From the sequence record NC_048186.1: a stretch of DNA of 64,000 nt. One strand, given 5' to 3'. The notes under the pieces are model-generated. The model did not search any database and was not told where the DNA came from. It was given only the letters and a program-made list of their open reading frames with translations. The position numbers and the translations under genes were made by a program. The DNA is from Escherichia phage vB_EcoM_KWBSE43-6. This document shows, in pieces, positions 48,789-58,889 of this stretch; the first letter of the stretch is position 1, and each line of letters begins with the position of its first letter.

Positions 48789-49527
48789 GATTCGGGACAA
48801 AGATTCATTTATGAATTATGTCCTTCGTAAATTGGGTGCGCCTGTCATCCAAATCAACCTCGACAAAACACAAGTTGAAGACGCGGTTGATGATGCTTTA
48901 CAGAAGTTTTGGGAGTACCATCGCGACGGTAGCCAAGATGCATTCTTCCTTTACCAGGTGAAGCAGGAAGACATCGATAAAGGATATATCACCTTTCCAG
49001 AAGATATCGATGACGTTGTCGAAGTTATCCAAGGGCCACCAATTGAATCTATCGGTAACTGGGCAACCCCCCAGTGGCAGATGGCTCAGGCGATGTTAGT
49101 GCCCAAAGCTGCTTTGGTATCTATCCGTCTTATCGATTATGTCTCTATGCAGCAGCGCCTTTCCGATATCACCAGCGTCCTCAATGTCCGCAGGGCATTC
49201 GTCTACAAGAAATTCCAGCGCCGTCTGTACCCTCAATTCTCAGCTGTTATCGACGAAGTCCTGGCGTTCAAGTGCTACCAGAACATCGACCCCACAGCGG
49301 AAGAGAACACAGAAGCATGGAATGACATGTGGCTGAAGGCTTATGCGACCGCATTGGTAAAACGCCGCTGGGCGGAAGTGCTCAAAAAGGCCCGAGGCAT
49401 CCGTCTCCCTGGCGGGATAGAACTGGATGGCGATAGTATGTTCAGCGAGGCCGAGGCCGAGATCGAGCGCCTGGAAGAAGAACTGCGTACTGGTCAGCAG
49501 TATCCCATCGACTTCTTTATGGGATAA
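48775..49527 (+). CDS. neck protein (T4 gp13-like by position)
   Basis: Start MAVNKIRDKD with GAGGG SD; synteny with gp13-gp14-gp15-gp16-gp17 order. Confidence 0.5.
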   Translation: MAVNKIRDKDSFMNYVLRKLGAPVIQINLDKTQVEDAVDDALQKFWEYHRDGSQDAFFLYQVKQEDIDKGYITFPEDIDDVVEVIQGPPIESIGNWATPQWQMAQAMLVPKAALVSIRLIDYVSMQQRLSDITSVLNVRRAFVYKKFQRRLYPQFSAVIDEVLAFKCYQNIDPTAEENTEAWNDMWLKAYATALVKRRWAEVLKKARGIRLPGGIELDGDSMFSEAEAEIERLEEELRTGQQYPIDFFMG

Positions 49528-49529
49528 CA

Positions 49530-49558
49530 AAAAGCCGGGGTTTCCCGGCTTTCTTTTA
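49530..49558. terminator. bidirectional terminator hairpin
   Basis: agccggggtttcccggct with T-runs on both strands. Confidence 0.6.
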
Positions 49559-49768
49559 GAGTTTGATATCCCGAGGGCCGGGTAGCGCAGTCGCCTGAAT
49601 ATACCCATCATGGACGTTATTACTGTCCCACCATTCAATGAAGTCATTCCCGTCAGATTGTTTTACCAAACCGACGATATCATAATCACCACCTGCAATT
49701 TTAGCATCCACACAGATGATTCTTACTCGACTTCCATCACGAGTTTCTTTGATATCTTCTACTTGCAT
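49556..49768 (-). CDS. small protein on opposite strand within neck module
   Basis: 70-aa ORF MQVEDIKETRDGSRVRIICVDAK... with protein-like composition, bracketed by terminator and late promoter motif. Confidence 0.4.
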   Translation of the reverse strand: MQVEDIKETRDGSRVRIICVDAKIAGGDYDIVGLVKQSDGNDFIEWWDSNNVHDGYIQATALPGPRDIKL

Positions 49769-49789
49769 TCATCAATTCCTCAATAGAAT

Positions 49790-49796
49790 TAAACAT
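49790..49796 (+). promoter_or_regulatory. late-promoter-like motif CTAAATA
   Basis: Located 32 nt upstream of ATG 49828. Confidence 0.35.
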
Positions 49797-49827
49797 CGAC
49801 TAAATACCTTCAAAATTGAGGGTATAG

Positions 49828-50471
49828 TCATGGCCACTTCAAAATATTTCAACTACACGAACCACCAAGGCACGCAGAAGTTAATTGATGACCTCGTGGT
49901 GGAGATGATACAATTACGTGGGATCGACGTCAAGTATATTCCACGCGCCATTTATGAAAAATACCCAATTTTAAACGAAGCCGAACATCGTTTCGACCAG
50001 GCGTTTGATATTGAGGTCTATATGCAGGATTATCAGGGCTTCAACACCCAAATGTGGGAGAAGTTCGGTGGTATCCAGCTACAAGATGAGGTGACATTTA
50101 CTATCGCCCGTCGCCGCTTTGCGGAAGTTATTGGTAACGGACCAGGACTGGATCAACAACCTCAGGAAGGGGATCTCATTTATCTTCCGATGGCGAATAA
50201 AATATTCAAGGTCAATAACCCGAATAATGACGAAGACTTCATGCAATTCGGTAAATGGTACACGTATTCATTACCATGTACCTTGTTCCAGTATGGCAAC
50301 GAAGACTTCGATACTGGTGTCCCTGAAATTGATGATATTGATAAACGTCTTCAAGATCTTGAAGGTGATGGGGTTTACCAGGATGCTACTCTCCAAACAG
50401 ACAACCAGTTTGCTGATGAGATCGAAGAAGATCTGGCCCCCAATAATGTCAAAATAGATTTTGGAGAATAA
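49828..50471 (+). CDS. neck protein (T4 gp14-like by position)
   Basis: Start MATSKYFNYT with GAGGG SD (ORF track start 49716 is an upstream extension). Confidence 0.5.
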
Positions 50472-50473
50472 CC

Positions 50474-51172
50474 ATGAGACCTTTTCAGAATTATTTTTAC
50501 CATGGTTCACTCCTGAAATATATCCATGTGTTCAACGCTATTATGTCTGACGTTCAGGTGAAAACTGAGCGCGGTCTTATGAAAGTCCCGTTACACATGG
50601 CTATTGGTCGTCGTAATGACCTGAACCGAAATGTCCCAGCGAATGCATTACCATTTGCGACGATGTCTTTCGGTCAATTTGAAATCAATAAACAGGTAAC
50701 GAATTCGTATCACAACAAATTGGCGACTAATACTGCGACGTCTAAGCAACGAATTCCAATCATCATCGACTTTGAATACAATGTGCGTACAAAGAAGATG
50801 AATGAAATGCTTCAGATCCTCGAACAGATTTATTCTGTTTACACTCCTTCAATAGATTGCCAGATAAAGGACAACGAAACGCTCAAGCAGGATCAGGTTG
50901 TGAAGATCCAATTGATGAGCCATACGATGTCAGATAACTGGGAAGGGGATGCTGCTGAATCTCCTCATGTCGATTGTAATTTCATGTTTCAGCTTCATGG
51001 TGCTATCTATGGCTGGGATTATTGGGTTGATGACGGTTCCGGTACTGGTGATCCAAACGTTATCAAGGAAATAATTATCGAAATGTCTACTGATTTGAAT
51101 ACACCGTGGACGGAATTGCCTCTTTGGTTTACTGTTGACAAAGACGGCGTCCACCATCCAGAGGATGATTGA
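50474..51172 (+). CDS. tail completion / sheath stabiliser protein (T4 gp15-like by position)
   Basis: 232-aa ORF between neck genes and terminase. Confidence 0.5.
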   Translation: MRPFQNYFYHGSLLKYIHVFNAIMSDVQVKTERGLMKVPLHMAIGRRNDLNRNVPANALPFATMSFGQFEINKQVTNSYHNKLATNTATSKQRIPIIIDFEYNVRTKKMNEMLQILEQIYSVYTPSIDCQIKDNETLKQDQVVKIQLMSHTMSDNWEGDAAESPHVDCNFMFQLHGAIYGWDYWVDDGSGTGDPNVIKEIIIEMSTDLNTPWTELPLWFTVDKDGVHHPEDD

Positions 51173-51174
51173 TT

Positions 51175-51861
51175 ATGTCTAATATGTCGGAACGTTTGTT
51201 ACAGACCTTAGATGCTGTCTCAGCACGAGATGAGGTTGCTCAAGATGCGATGAAGAAAACCGCATTGAAGCCCGGTGTTGATTATGATGAAGAAACGGGG
51301 GAGTGGTTAGGTGATCCCCCGGAAGGGTATCAAGGATTCGAGATGCCACCATCATTGTCTGAAGTCGCATCAAAAGAATCAAAAGTTCCTGAATACGAGG
51401 ACACTGACGCCACGACTGACTACAAACGTATTCGTGACACCACATATGCTATGCAAGAAGCCACGATGTTCATGATGGGCAAGGCCGCTGAACTCGCCGC
51501 TTCTACAGAGGCTCCTCGTGCATTCAGCGTCTTCCGCGAGCTGGGTGAACTCATGCGTGGTCTCAATAAAGACTTGATGGAAAACCAGAAAACCATCAAG
51601 GATGTTACTCGCGACAAAGAACCGCCGGGACAGACCACCGTTGAGGTTTCTGAAGATGAAAATGGAACGACTACAGTCAAAGTCGGTAAGACTGCTCGTT
51701 CGTCCAGAGATCTTCTCCAGATGATTGAGAAAGTTCGACGTGATGCCGAAGCCAATCGAAATTCTCGCGTCAACCCCGATGAAGAAGTAATTGACGTCGC
51801 GGAAGAACCAAAACAGGAAGATAAGTCAGAGGGCGAGGACAATGGCGTATCCGAAGCGTGA
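51175..51861 (+). CDS. terminase small subunit (T4 gp16-like by position)
   Basis: ORF track start 51169 is a TTG codon; ATG at 51175 with GAGGA SD; acidic C-terminus; immediately upstream of and overlapping the large terminase. Confidence 0.55.
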   Translation: MSNMSERLLQTLDAVSARDEVAQDAMKKTALKPGVDYDEETGEWLGDPPEGYQGFEMPPSLSEVASKESKVPEYEDTDATTDYKRIRDTTYAMQEATMFMMGKAAELAASTEAPRAFSVFRELGELMRGLNKDLMENQKTIKDVTRDKEPPGQTTVEVSEDENGTTTVKVGKTARSSRDLLQMIEKVRRDAEANRNSRVNPDEEVIDVAEEPKQEDKSEGEDNGVSEA

Positions 51862-54052
51862 AGTCGAATATGCCCCGGTCAAGACGGGGTTTAAAATTGA
51901 AGACGTCAAATTGCGTATGGACCAAACGTTCATGCGCAAGCCGACTGTGCGTGCTCCTCGTGTTGAATTAGTCCTTACTGATGAGCAAGAAGATGAATAT
52001 GTCAAGTGTGCCATGGACGCACACTATTTCGCTGCGAACTATTACAAGATCACCACTATCGACCACGGCTTCATCTTGTTCGATATGCATGATTATCAGA
52101 AGCAATTGTTCCATGATTTCCAGGATCATCGATTCAATGCTGTCGTACAGGCTCGTCAGTCTGGTAAATGTGTTCGGGGCGACTCTGAAGTTTATGTTTA
52201 CGATACTCTCAGCCAGGAAGAGTTCTCTATCACCATAGAGGAGCTTCACAGCCGCTTCGAGGACGTTAACCATGCAGAGCCGTTGAATACCATTGGCAAA
52301 CACAATAAGTTCGTAGATAGCCGCTTCGGCAAACGATACTTTGTGAAGTCTGATAGTGGTTGGGTTCCTGTAATAGCAGCACACAAGACAAAAGAATATG
52401 CAGAATATGTGGTAAAAACTGAAAGTGGTCGGACGATTCATGTCGCGGACGAACATCTATTCTTTAATGAATATAATAGTGAGGTTTTCGCCAAAGATCT
52501 GGAAGCCGGGGATGCCATCATGACGCAAGATGGCCTTGAATGTATTTCTGAAATTTGGGAAACCGGCGAATCTCACCACATGTTTGACCTCCAGGTGAAA
52601 TCATCTGAGCAGCGTTATTACACCAATGGGTTCCTGAGCCATAATACGACAGTGGTGGCGGCATTTCTCCTCTGGTACGCGATGTTCAACTCTGACAAAG
52701 AGATCGCGGTTCTTGCGAACAAAGAGAAACAGGCTATTGAAATCCTGGATCGTATTCGTAAAGCATATCAGGACATGCCATTCTTCGTCCAGCAAGGTTG
52801 TGAGAAATTTGGTTCAACCCTGATTGAATTCGAGAACGGTTCGAAGATCTTTGCATACGCGACTTCCTCGGACTCCATCCGTGGTCGTTCTGTATCTCTC
52901 CTGTATGTGGACGAAGTCGCATTCATCGAAAACGACTTTGAATTCTGGGAATCAACTTTCCCGGCGATCGCCCAGGCAGAGACTTCGAAGTGTATCCTCA
53001 CCAGTACACCAAAAGGTCAGCGCGGGCTGTTTTACGACATCGTCACGAAGGCGAACCCAGAACATCCTCAATACAACGACTTCAATCTTACGGAAGTTCC
53101 TTGGTACAGGGTTCCGGCGTACACCAAAGACCCGAATTGGGAATCCAAACAACGTGCCAAACTTGGCGACGCTCGTTTCGATCAGGAATTCGGTATCAAG
53201 TTCCGTGGTTCTGTCGGTTCATTAATACCGTCGAAATGTCTGGACAAGATGACATCCAAGTTGTATCAGGAGCCGAATGAGTTCACCAAAATCTACAAAC
53301 CCTTTGACAAAACCAGAACATATTTTGGTATTGCGGATACAGGCAAAGGGGTTGAGGGGGACTACTCTGTGCTGACCATATTGGACATCACGGAATATCC
53401 TCATACGATTGCAGCCAAATACCGGAACAACACGATACCGCCGATGATGTATGCATACACGATTGCCGATATGTGTACTCAATACGGTGAATGCCCTGTG
53501 CTTGTAGAGACCAACAATGATGTTGGTGGCCAGGTGATCACAATCCTGTATCAAGAAATTGAATATCCGGAAATCGTGTTTACATCAACGGACAATAAGG
53601 GTACTGGTAAGAAGATCGGCGGTCGTCGTCCTGAACCAGGGATCAACACCAACAAGAAAGTTCGCTCTATCGGTTGTGCTAACCTGAAAGCACTTATCGA
53701 AAGAGAGATGTTGGTAATCGAAGACCAGGATACGATTGATGAACTGAGTACGTTCGTGTTTACTGGGACCCGCTATGAGGCCGATCAGGGTTGTCATGAC
53801 GACTGCGTTATGCCACTTGTTTTATATTCATGGGCTGTAAAACAGGAATGGTTCAGTGATTTAACTGATACCAGCATTTCTCGAGATATGCGCGGTCGTA
53901 TGAATGCGATGGAGCAACACCAAGTCCTCCCGTTTGGGGGCAAATTTACTGGTGATACCCCTCATGAAGTACAGCATATGCCGGGCTTTGGGGGTGTGAA
54001 TGTATTTGATGAACGTTCTGGGATGTCAATGGAAGAGTGGTTCAAGAACTGA
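51842..54052 (+). CDS. terminase large subunit (T4 gp17-like) interrupted by a mini-intein
   Basis: Start MAYPKREVEY; Walker A reads RQSGK|C...HN|TTVVAAF, rejoining to RQSGKTTVVA like T4 QLGKTTVVA as recalled; downstream LLYVDEVAFI resembles T4 MIYIEDCAFI. Confidence 0.9.
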   Translation: MAYPKREVEYAPVKTGFKIEDVKLRMDQTFMRKPTVRAPRVELVLTDEQEDEYVKCAMDAHYFAANYYKITTIDHGFILFDMHDYQKQLFHDFQDHRFNAVVQARQSGKCVRGDSEVYVYDTLSQEEFSITIEELHSRFEDVNHAEPLNTIGKHNKFVDSRFGKRYFVKSDSGWVPVIAAHKTKEYAEYVVKTESGRTIHVADEHLFFNEYNSEVFAKDLEAGDAIMTQDGLECISEIWETGESHHMFDLQVKSSEQRYYTNGFLSHNTTVVAAFLLWYAMFNSDKEIAVLANKEKQAIEILDRIRKAYQDMPFFVQQGCEKFGSTLIEFENGSKIFAYATSSDSIRGRSVSLLYVDEVAFIENDFEFWESTFPAIAQAETSKCILTSTPKGQRGLFYDIVTKANPEHPQYNDFNLTEVPWYRVPAYTKDPNWESKQRAKLGDARFDQEFGIKFRGSVGSLIPSKCLDKMTSKLYQEPNEFTKIYKPFDKTRTYFGIADTGKGVEGDYSVLTILDITEYPHTIAAKYRNNTIPPMMYAYTIADMCTQYGECPVLVETNNDVGGQVITILYQEIEYPEIVFTSTDNKGTGKKIGGRRPEPGINTNKKVRSIGCANLKALIEREMLVIEDQDTIDELSTFVFTGTRYEADQGCHDDCVMPLVLYSWAVKQEWFSDLTDTSISRDMRGRMNAMEQHQVLPFGGKFTGDTPHEVQHMPGFGGVNVFDERSGMSMEEWFKN
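52169..52645 (+). mobile_element. mini-intein (159 aa, Hint domain, no endonuclease domain evident) in terminase P-loop
   Basis: Begins with Cys (CVRGDSEV), ends with HN followed by Thr +1 residue; block F-like MFDLQV...YYTNGFLSHN; removal restores the Walker A motif. Confidence 0.8.
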
Positions 54053-54055
54053 TCA

Positions 54056-54062
54056 CTAAATA
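54056..54062 (+). promoter_or_regulatory. late-promoter-like motif CTAAATA
   Basis: Located 43 nt upstream of sheath ATG 54105. Confidence 0.35.
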
Positions 54063-54104
54063 TCTTTCAAATTGAGCGAAACTCTACCGAGAAGGAATAA
54101 TATT

Positions 54105-56000
54105 ATGGCAACTACAAGCTTCAGCGTTGCGCCGTCTGTACAGTGGACCGAGCGCGATGCCACGCTTCAGACATCTCCGTCCGTTGTTGTTCAGGGCGCG
54201 TCTGCTGGTAAATTCCAATGGGGTGAAGTAGAATTGCCCGTGTTGGTTACTAGCGGTGAGACTGGTCTGGTGAAGAAATTCTTCAAACCGAATGATGATA
54301 CTGCAATCGACTTTCTGGTCATCGCTGACTTTTTGTCGTACAGTTCTGCTGCATGGGTGACCCGTATCGTCGGCCCTACTGCCAAGAACGCCGTGACTAA
54401 AGGTCAGAGCGCTATCCTCATCAAAAACAAACTGGACTTTGAGACCGCAAGTCCTTCGGCTTCTATCACGTGGACTGGTCGTTATCCCGGTTCCCTGGGC
54501 AACGATATTGCCGTTAACATCTGTGATGCAGCGTCATTCCCAACCTGGGAATTCCGTAACAACTTCGCCTATGCTCCTCAGGCTGGTGAATTCCACGTTG
54601 TTGTTGTGGATAAAGTTGGCCGTATCACCGATTCTTCCGGCGCTGTCGGTCAGGTTGATCGTATTTCTATTTCTGGTACTGCTACCGCCGCTGGCGCCAT
54701 CACAGTAGCAGGTGAATCTGTTGCGTACCTGCAGACGGATACCCCAGCAACTCTGGCGGCTAAAATCGGCCTGGAGATGGAAGCACTGACTGATGTTTAT
54801 TCGAGCGTTGTTGTGAAATCGAATACCGTCATTCTGACCCACAAAGCTATCGGCCCGCAGCCTGTTACCACCGTGGTTCCTGATGCCAATGGTCTGACTG
54901 GGACTGCGATCATCACCACTGTTGGCGCATCCGGTACGATCATTGAGAAATATGAACTGATGCAGAATACCCAGGGTTCTAAAAAATCCGACGGCGCGAA
55001 CGCATATTTCAAAGATGTTATCAACAATACTTCGAATTGGGTTTACACCTTCACTAATGCCCTGGCGGCAGGTGTAGTTGAACTCGAAGGTGGTGTTGAT
55101 GATTACGACGTCAACCGTGTCGCTGCTATCGAAGCCCTGAACAACGCCGAAGCATACGATGCCAAACCTGTGTTTGCATACTGCGAAGAGCTGATTGAAC
55201 AGCAGGCGATCATCGATCTGTCGACTAACCGTAAAGACACAGTGTCCTTCGTGTCGCCGCTGCGTGATGTTGTAGTCGGCAACCGTGGTCGTGAAATGGA
55301 TGATGTTGTGGCTTGGCGTGAAAGCCTGGTGCGCGATTCTTCCTATTTCTTTATGGATGACAACTGGGCATACGTTTACGACAAGTACAACGACAAAATG
55401 CGCTGGATCCCGGCGTGTGGTGGTACTGCAGGTCTGTGGGCGCGTACTATTGAGATTGCTGGTATCTATAAGTCCCCGGCGTTCCATAACCGTGGCAAAT
55501 ACAACAACTACAATCGTATGGCATGGTCCGCGTCTTCTGATGAACGTGCTGTGCTGTATCGCAACCAGATCAACAGCATCGTCACCTTCTCCACAGAAGG
55601 CATCGTGCTGTACGGTGATAAGACTGGCCTGACCCGCCCGTCAGCGTTCGATCGCATTAACGTGCGCGGCCTGTTCATCATGGCTGAACAAAACATCGCT
55701 GCCATCGCCAAATACTATCTTGGTGAAAACAACGATGCGTTCACTCGCAGCCTGTTTAGCAACGCCGTTCGTCCTTATATTCGCCAGCTGGCCAACATGG
55801 GCGCGATTTATGACGGTAAAGTGAAGTGCGACGAAGACAATAACCCGGCTGAAGTTATTGCTGCCAACCAGATGGTTGCTGGTATCTGGCTGAAACCAGA
55901 ATACAGCATTAACTGGATTTATTTGGATTTTGCTGCCGTTCGTCCGGACATGGAATTCTCGGAAATCGAATCCGGCGGCGGTATTGTCGCAGCGTCATAA
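54105..56000 (+). CDS. tail sheath protein (T4 gp18-like)
   Basis: Start MATTSFSVAP with GAAGGAA SD; about 631 aa; conserved position upstream of tail tube. Confidence 0.8.
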   Translation: MATTSFSVAPSVQWTERDATLQTSPSVVVQGASAGKFQWGEVELPVLVTSGETGLVKKFFKPNDDTAIDFLVIADFLSYSSAAWVTRIVGPTAKNAVTKGQSAILIKNKLDFETASPSASITWTGRYPGSLGNDIAVNICDAASFPTWEFRNNFAYAPQAGEFHVVVVDKVGRITDSSGAVGQVDRISISGTATAAGAITVAGESVAYLQTDTPATLAAKIGLEMEALTDVYSSVVVKSNTVILTHKAIGPQPVTTVVPDANGLTGTAIITTVGASGTIIEKYELMQNTQGSKKSDGANAYFKDVINNTSNWVYTFTNALAAGVVELEGGVDDYDVNRVAAIEALNNAEAYDAKPVFAYCEELIEQQAIIDLSTNRKDTVSFVSPLRDVVVGNRGREMDDVVAWRESLVRDSSYFFMDDNWAYVYDKYNDKMRWIPACGGTAGLWARTIEIAGIYKSPAFHNRGKYNNYNRMAWSASSDERAVLYRNQINSIVTFSTEGIVLYGDKTGLTRPSAFDRINVRGLFIMAEQNIAAIAKYYLGENNDAFTRSLFSNAVRPYIRQLANMGAIYDGKVKCDEDNNPAEVIAANQMVAGIWLKPEYSINWIYLDFAAVRPDMEFSEIESGGGIVAAS

Positions 56001-56005
56001 GACAC

Positions 56006-56033
56006 CAAACCCCGCTTCGGCGGGGTTTTACTT
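56006..56033 (+). terminator. rho-independent terminator
   Basis: aaaccccgcttcggcggggttt followed by tacttcgg. Confidence 0.55.
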
Positions 56034-56068
56034 CGGGGTAAATAATATCGGCAACCCGGAGATTTGAA

Positions 56069-56524
56069 ATGATATTTGCATACAAAATTGAAATGATATC
56101 TAACAACAAGGTCTACATCGGTGTGACCAATGATCCGCAAAGGCGATATGAGCAACATTTGGCCAATGCATTTCAATATAATGTTGAAAGTGAATTGTAT
56201 GATGCCATGCGCAAATATGGGGCTTCCGCTTTTACTTTCGTGATTATTGCTCAAACCGATGAAGTCCACAAATGGGAATTGGAAAAGCAATTAATTGCTC
56301 AATACGATTCTTATGAATTGGGCTACAACATGAATAAAGGCGGTAACGATGGAAGTCATCTGGTTGGTAAAGCTGCTGCTAAATTGACCTCCACTGGAGA
56401 ACATATTGGTATGGTCTCATTAATTGATCCACGTTGGGATCTCTGTGAGATTGAACCAGTACGGAACAATGTTGATCATGGCTTTGATCTCAGTAAATTG
56501 ACGATCAAAAGATTAACAGACTAA
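56069..56524 (+). CDS. GIY-YIG family endonuclease (Seg-like free-standing homing endonuclease candidate)
   Basis: N-terminal YKIEMISNNKVYIGVTNDPQRRYEQH and downstream YNMNKGG match GIY-YIG motifs; inserted between sheath and tube genes. Confidence 0.7.
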   Translation: MIFAYKIEMISNNKVYIGVTNDPQRRYEQHLANAFQYNVESELYDAMRKYGASAFTFVIIAQTDEVHKWELEKQLIAQYDSYELGYNMNKGGNDGSHLVGKAAAKLTSTGEHIGMVSLIDPRWDLCEIEPVRNNVDHGFDLSKLTIKRLTD

Positions 56525-56558
56525 TTAGAATTGTGTAACTCTTTTTGGAGAATGTATA

Positions 56559-57092
56559 ATGGCTACAGTAAATGAATTTCGCGCGGCCATGTCACGTGGG
56601 GGCGGCGTTCAACGTCAGCACCGCTGGCGTGTGACTGTAAACTTCCCGGCATTCGTAGCGGGTTCTGACACCATTCGTGACGTATCTCTGTTGGCTGTAA
56701 CAACCAACACCCCGACAGGCCAGCTGGGTGAGATTCTCGTTCCGTGGGGTGGCCGTGAACTGCCGTTCCCTGGCGACCGTCGTTTTGAGGCTCTGCCTGT
56801 AACGTTTATCAACGTTGTGGACAACGCCCCGTACAACGCATTTGAAATCTGGCAGCAGTATATCAACGGCAGCAACAACAACCGTGCGTCTGCTAACGCA
56901 GATGATTATTTCCGTGACATCATCATGGAACTGCTGGATGCTAACGACAACGTCACCAAGACCTGGACGCTGCAGGGCGGCTGGCCTCAGAACCTCGGTC
57001 AGCTGGAACTGGATATGTCTGCTATGGACTCCTATACTCAGTTCACTGTTGACCTGCGTTACTTCCAGGCCATTTCGGACAAGTCTCTCTAA
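56559..57092 (+). CDS. tail tube protein (T4 gp19-like)
   Basis: 177 aa; C-terminal GWPQNLGQLELD resembles T4 gp19 LWPTNVGELQLD as recalled. Confidence 0.8.
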   Translation: MATVNEFRAAMSRGGGVQRQHRWRVTVNFPAFVAGSDTIRDVSLLAVTTNTPTGQLGEILVPWGGRELPFPGDRRFEALPVTFINVVDNAPYNAFEIWQQYINGSNNNRASANADDYFRDIIMELLDANDNVTKTWTLQGGWPQNLGQLELDMSAMDSYTQFTVDLRYFQAISDKSL

Positions 57093-57160
57093 CGTTACAC
57101 GTGGTGGGGGAATTTATTTCCCCCTCACTAATTACAAGAAAACGTTGAGGACATATAATC

Positions 57161-58843
57161 ATGGCATACGGCAAAGGTTTCTTTGGTCTGTTCAGCGGCG
57201 GCGGTTTAGTTGACGCCAAAGTTGACACGGACAAATATGTCCAGAGTCAAGAAGAGAAGCTGCTTTCAAAAGCGACTGTTGTAGCTCTGGACGACGCTCA
57301 GGATGGTTCAGTCATCCTCCAGGGCGGGGCCAACACTTACAATTATGTTGGTGTTGAGAGCGAGCTGCTTAATGTCAAACAGCTTGTTGAAGAATATCAG
57401 TCCATGGCTCAGCAGCCTGAAATCCGCAAAGCGGTGGACATCATTATTAACGACGTTGTCACCTGCGAAGAAGATGAAACGCCGGTTACTATCAATCTCG
57501 ATAAAGTTGAAGGCATCAGTGAAGATTTGAAAGAACAAATCACAGAATGCTTCAAAGAGATTATGAATTTGCTGGACTTTGACGACACTGCGTATCAGAA
57601 GATGCGTAAATGGTATGTTGAAGGCCGTCAGGCATATCATGTTGTAACTGACCCGACCAAGCCAGGTAACGGCATTCAGAAGCTGGTCATGCTTGATTCT
57701 CGTTGCATCCGTCCAGTATACGTCGTTGAGAAAACGATGCGAGAAGGCGGCATCGAGGCAATCGAAAAGGTCACTCTCAAGTATTACTACAATCCGAACT
57801 ACAACCGCAACCAATTCACTGGTCAATCTGGGACATCTCAGAACTTCCAGCCGTCTCAACAGGAACTGGTATTTGACGAAGAAAGTATCGTCTATGTTGA
57901 TAGCGGTGAAGATCCTTTGGCAAATGGTGTTGTTCCCGGTCTGCTGAACCCTGCTATCCGCCCGCTCAACAACCTGGTTACGGTTGAGGATGCGACGGTA
58001 ATTTACGCCATCACCCGTGCTCCAGAAAAACGTGCATTCTATCTGGACGTCGGTACTCTCGGTAAGAAATCTGCCGAAGAATACATGACTATGATGATGG
58101 GTAAATTCAAAAACCGTCTGGCGTTTGACCGCAGTACTGGTAAGATTACGGGCAACAGCCATCTGATGGGGATAGCTGAGGACTATTGGTTGCCTCGTCG
58201 TGAAGGTCAGAACGCCACTGAGATTTCAACAGTCGGTGGTGGCGACCAATTAGGACAGATGGACCACGTCAATTACTTCCTTGAAAAACTGTATAGCTCT
58301 CTGTTTATTCCAAAGAGTCGTATCCAGGAAGAAGGGAGCATCAATATTGGCGGTTCTAATTTGGCTGAGATCACCCAGGAAGAACTGCGGTTCAACAAAT
58401 TCTGCGCAGGTTTGCGCCGTCGTTATTCTAAATTCTTCTCTGAATTTTTACGTCGTCAGTTAATTTTGAAAAAGATTACTGACGAACAAGATTGGGTTGA
58501 AAAAATTCAACCGTTCGTTACGTTTGAATTCACCTCAGACAGTTTTATCCGTGAACAGCAAGAAAATGAAATGCTTGCTGGTCGTCTGAGCGCCCTGACC
58601 GGGATTGAGCCTTATATCGGAACATTCTTCTCAATTGATTACGCGATGCGGAACATTATGCGTATGTCTGATGAAGAAATTAAGGCCCAGCAAGAGAAGA
58701 TCAAAGAAGAAAAAGATAAAGGAATGTATCCGAAGGTTCAGGCTGATGAGAGTGGTGGATTTAGTGGACAAGATGTTAGCCCGCTGAAATGGCGACCTGA
58801 AGTTATCCCTTTCCAGGGTACACCCGGCGGAGTAGAAGAGTAA
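57161..58843 (+). CDS. portal vertex protein (T4 gp20-like)
   Basis: 560 aa; segments RKWYVEGRQAYHVV and AITRAPEKRAFYLDVGTL...EDYWLPRREGQ resemble T4 gp20 as recalled. Confidence 0.85.
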   Translation: MAYGKGFFGLFSGGGLVDAKVDTDKYVQSQEEKLLSKATVVALDDAQDGSVILQGGANTYNYVGVESELLNVKQLVEEYQSMAQQPEIRKAVDIIINDVVTCEEDETPVTINLDKVEGISEDLKEQITECFKEIMNLLDFDDTAYQKMRKWYVEGRQAYHVVTDPTKPGNGIQKLVMLDSRCIRPVYVVEKTMREGGIEAIEKVTLKYYYNPNYNRNQFTGQSGTSQNFQPSQQELVFDEESIVYVDSGEDPLANGVVPGLLNPAIRPLNNLVTVEDATVIYAITRAPEKRAFYLDVGTLGKKSAEEYMTMMMGKFKNRLAFDRSTGKITGNSHLMGIAEDYWLPRREGQNATEISTVGGGDQLGQMDHVNYFLEKLYSSLFIPKSRIQEEGSINIGGSNLAEITQEELRFNKFCAGLRRRYSKFFSEFLRRQLILKKITDEQDWVEKIQPFVTFEFTSDSFIREQQENEMLAGRLSALTGIEPYIGTFFSIDYAMRNIMRMSDEEIKAQQEKIKEEKDKGMYPKVQADESGGFSGQDVSPLKWRPEVIPFQGTPGGVEE

Positions 58844-58855
58844 AAATTTTATCAA

Positions 58856-58862
58856 CTAAATA
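58856..58862 (+). promoter_or_regulatory. late-promoter-like motif CTAAATA
   Basis: Located 28 nt upstream of ATG 58890. Confidence 0.35.
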
Positions 58863-58889
58863 TAGAAAATTAACTTCGGAGATACAATC

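Noticed and set aside
57104-57124. Hairpin gggggaa-tttat-ttccccc after the tail tube gene as a terminator
   Set aside because: No downstream T-run on either strand; may be a structural or processing element rather than an intrinsic terminator.
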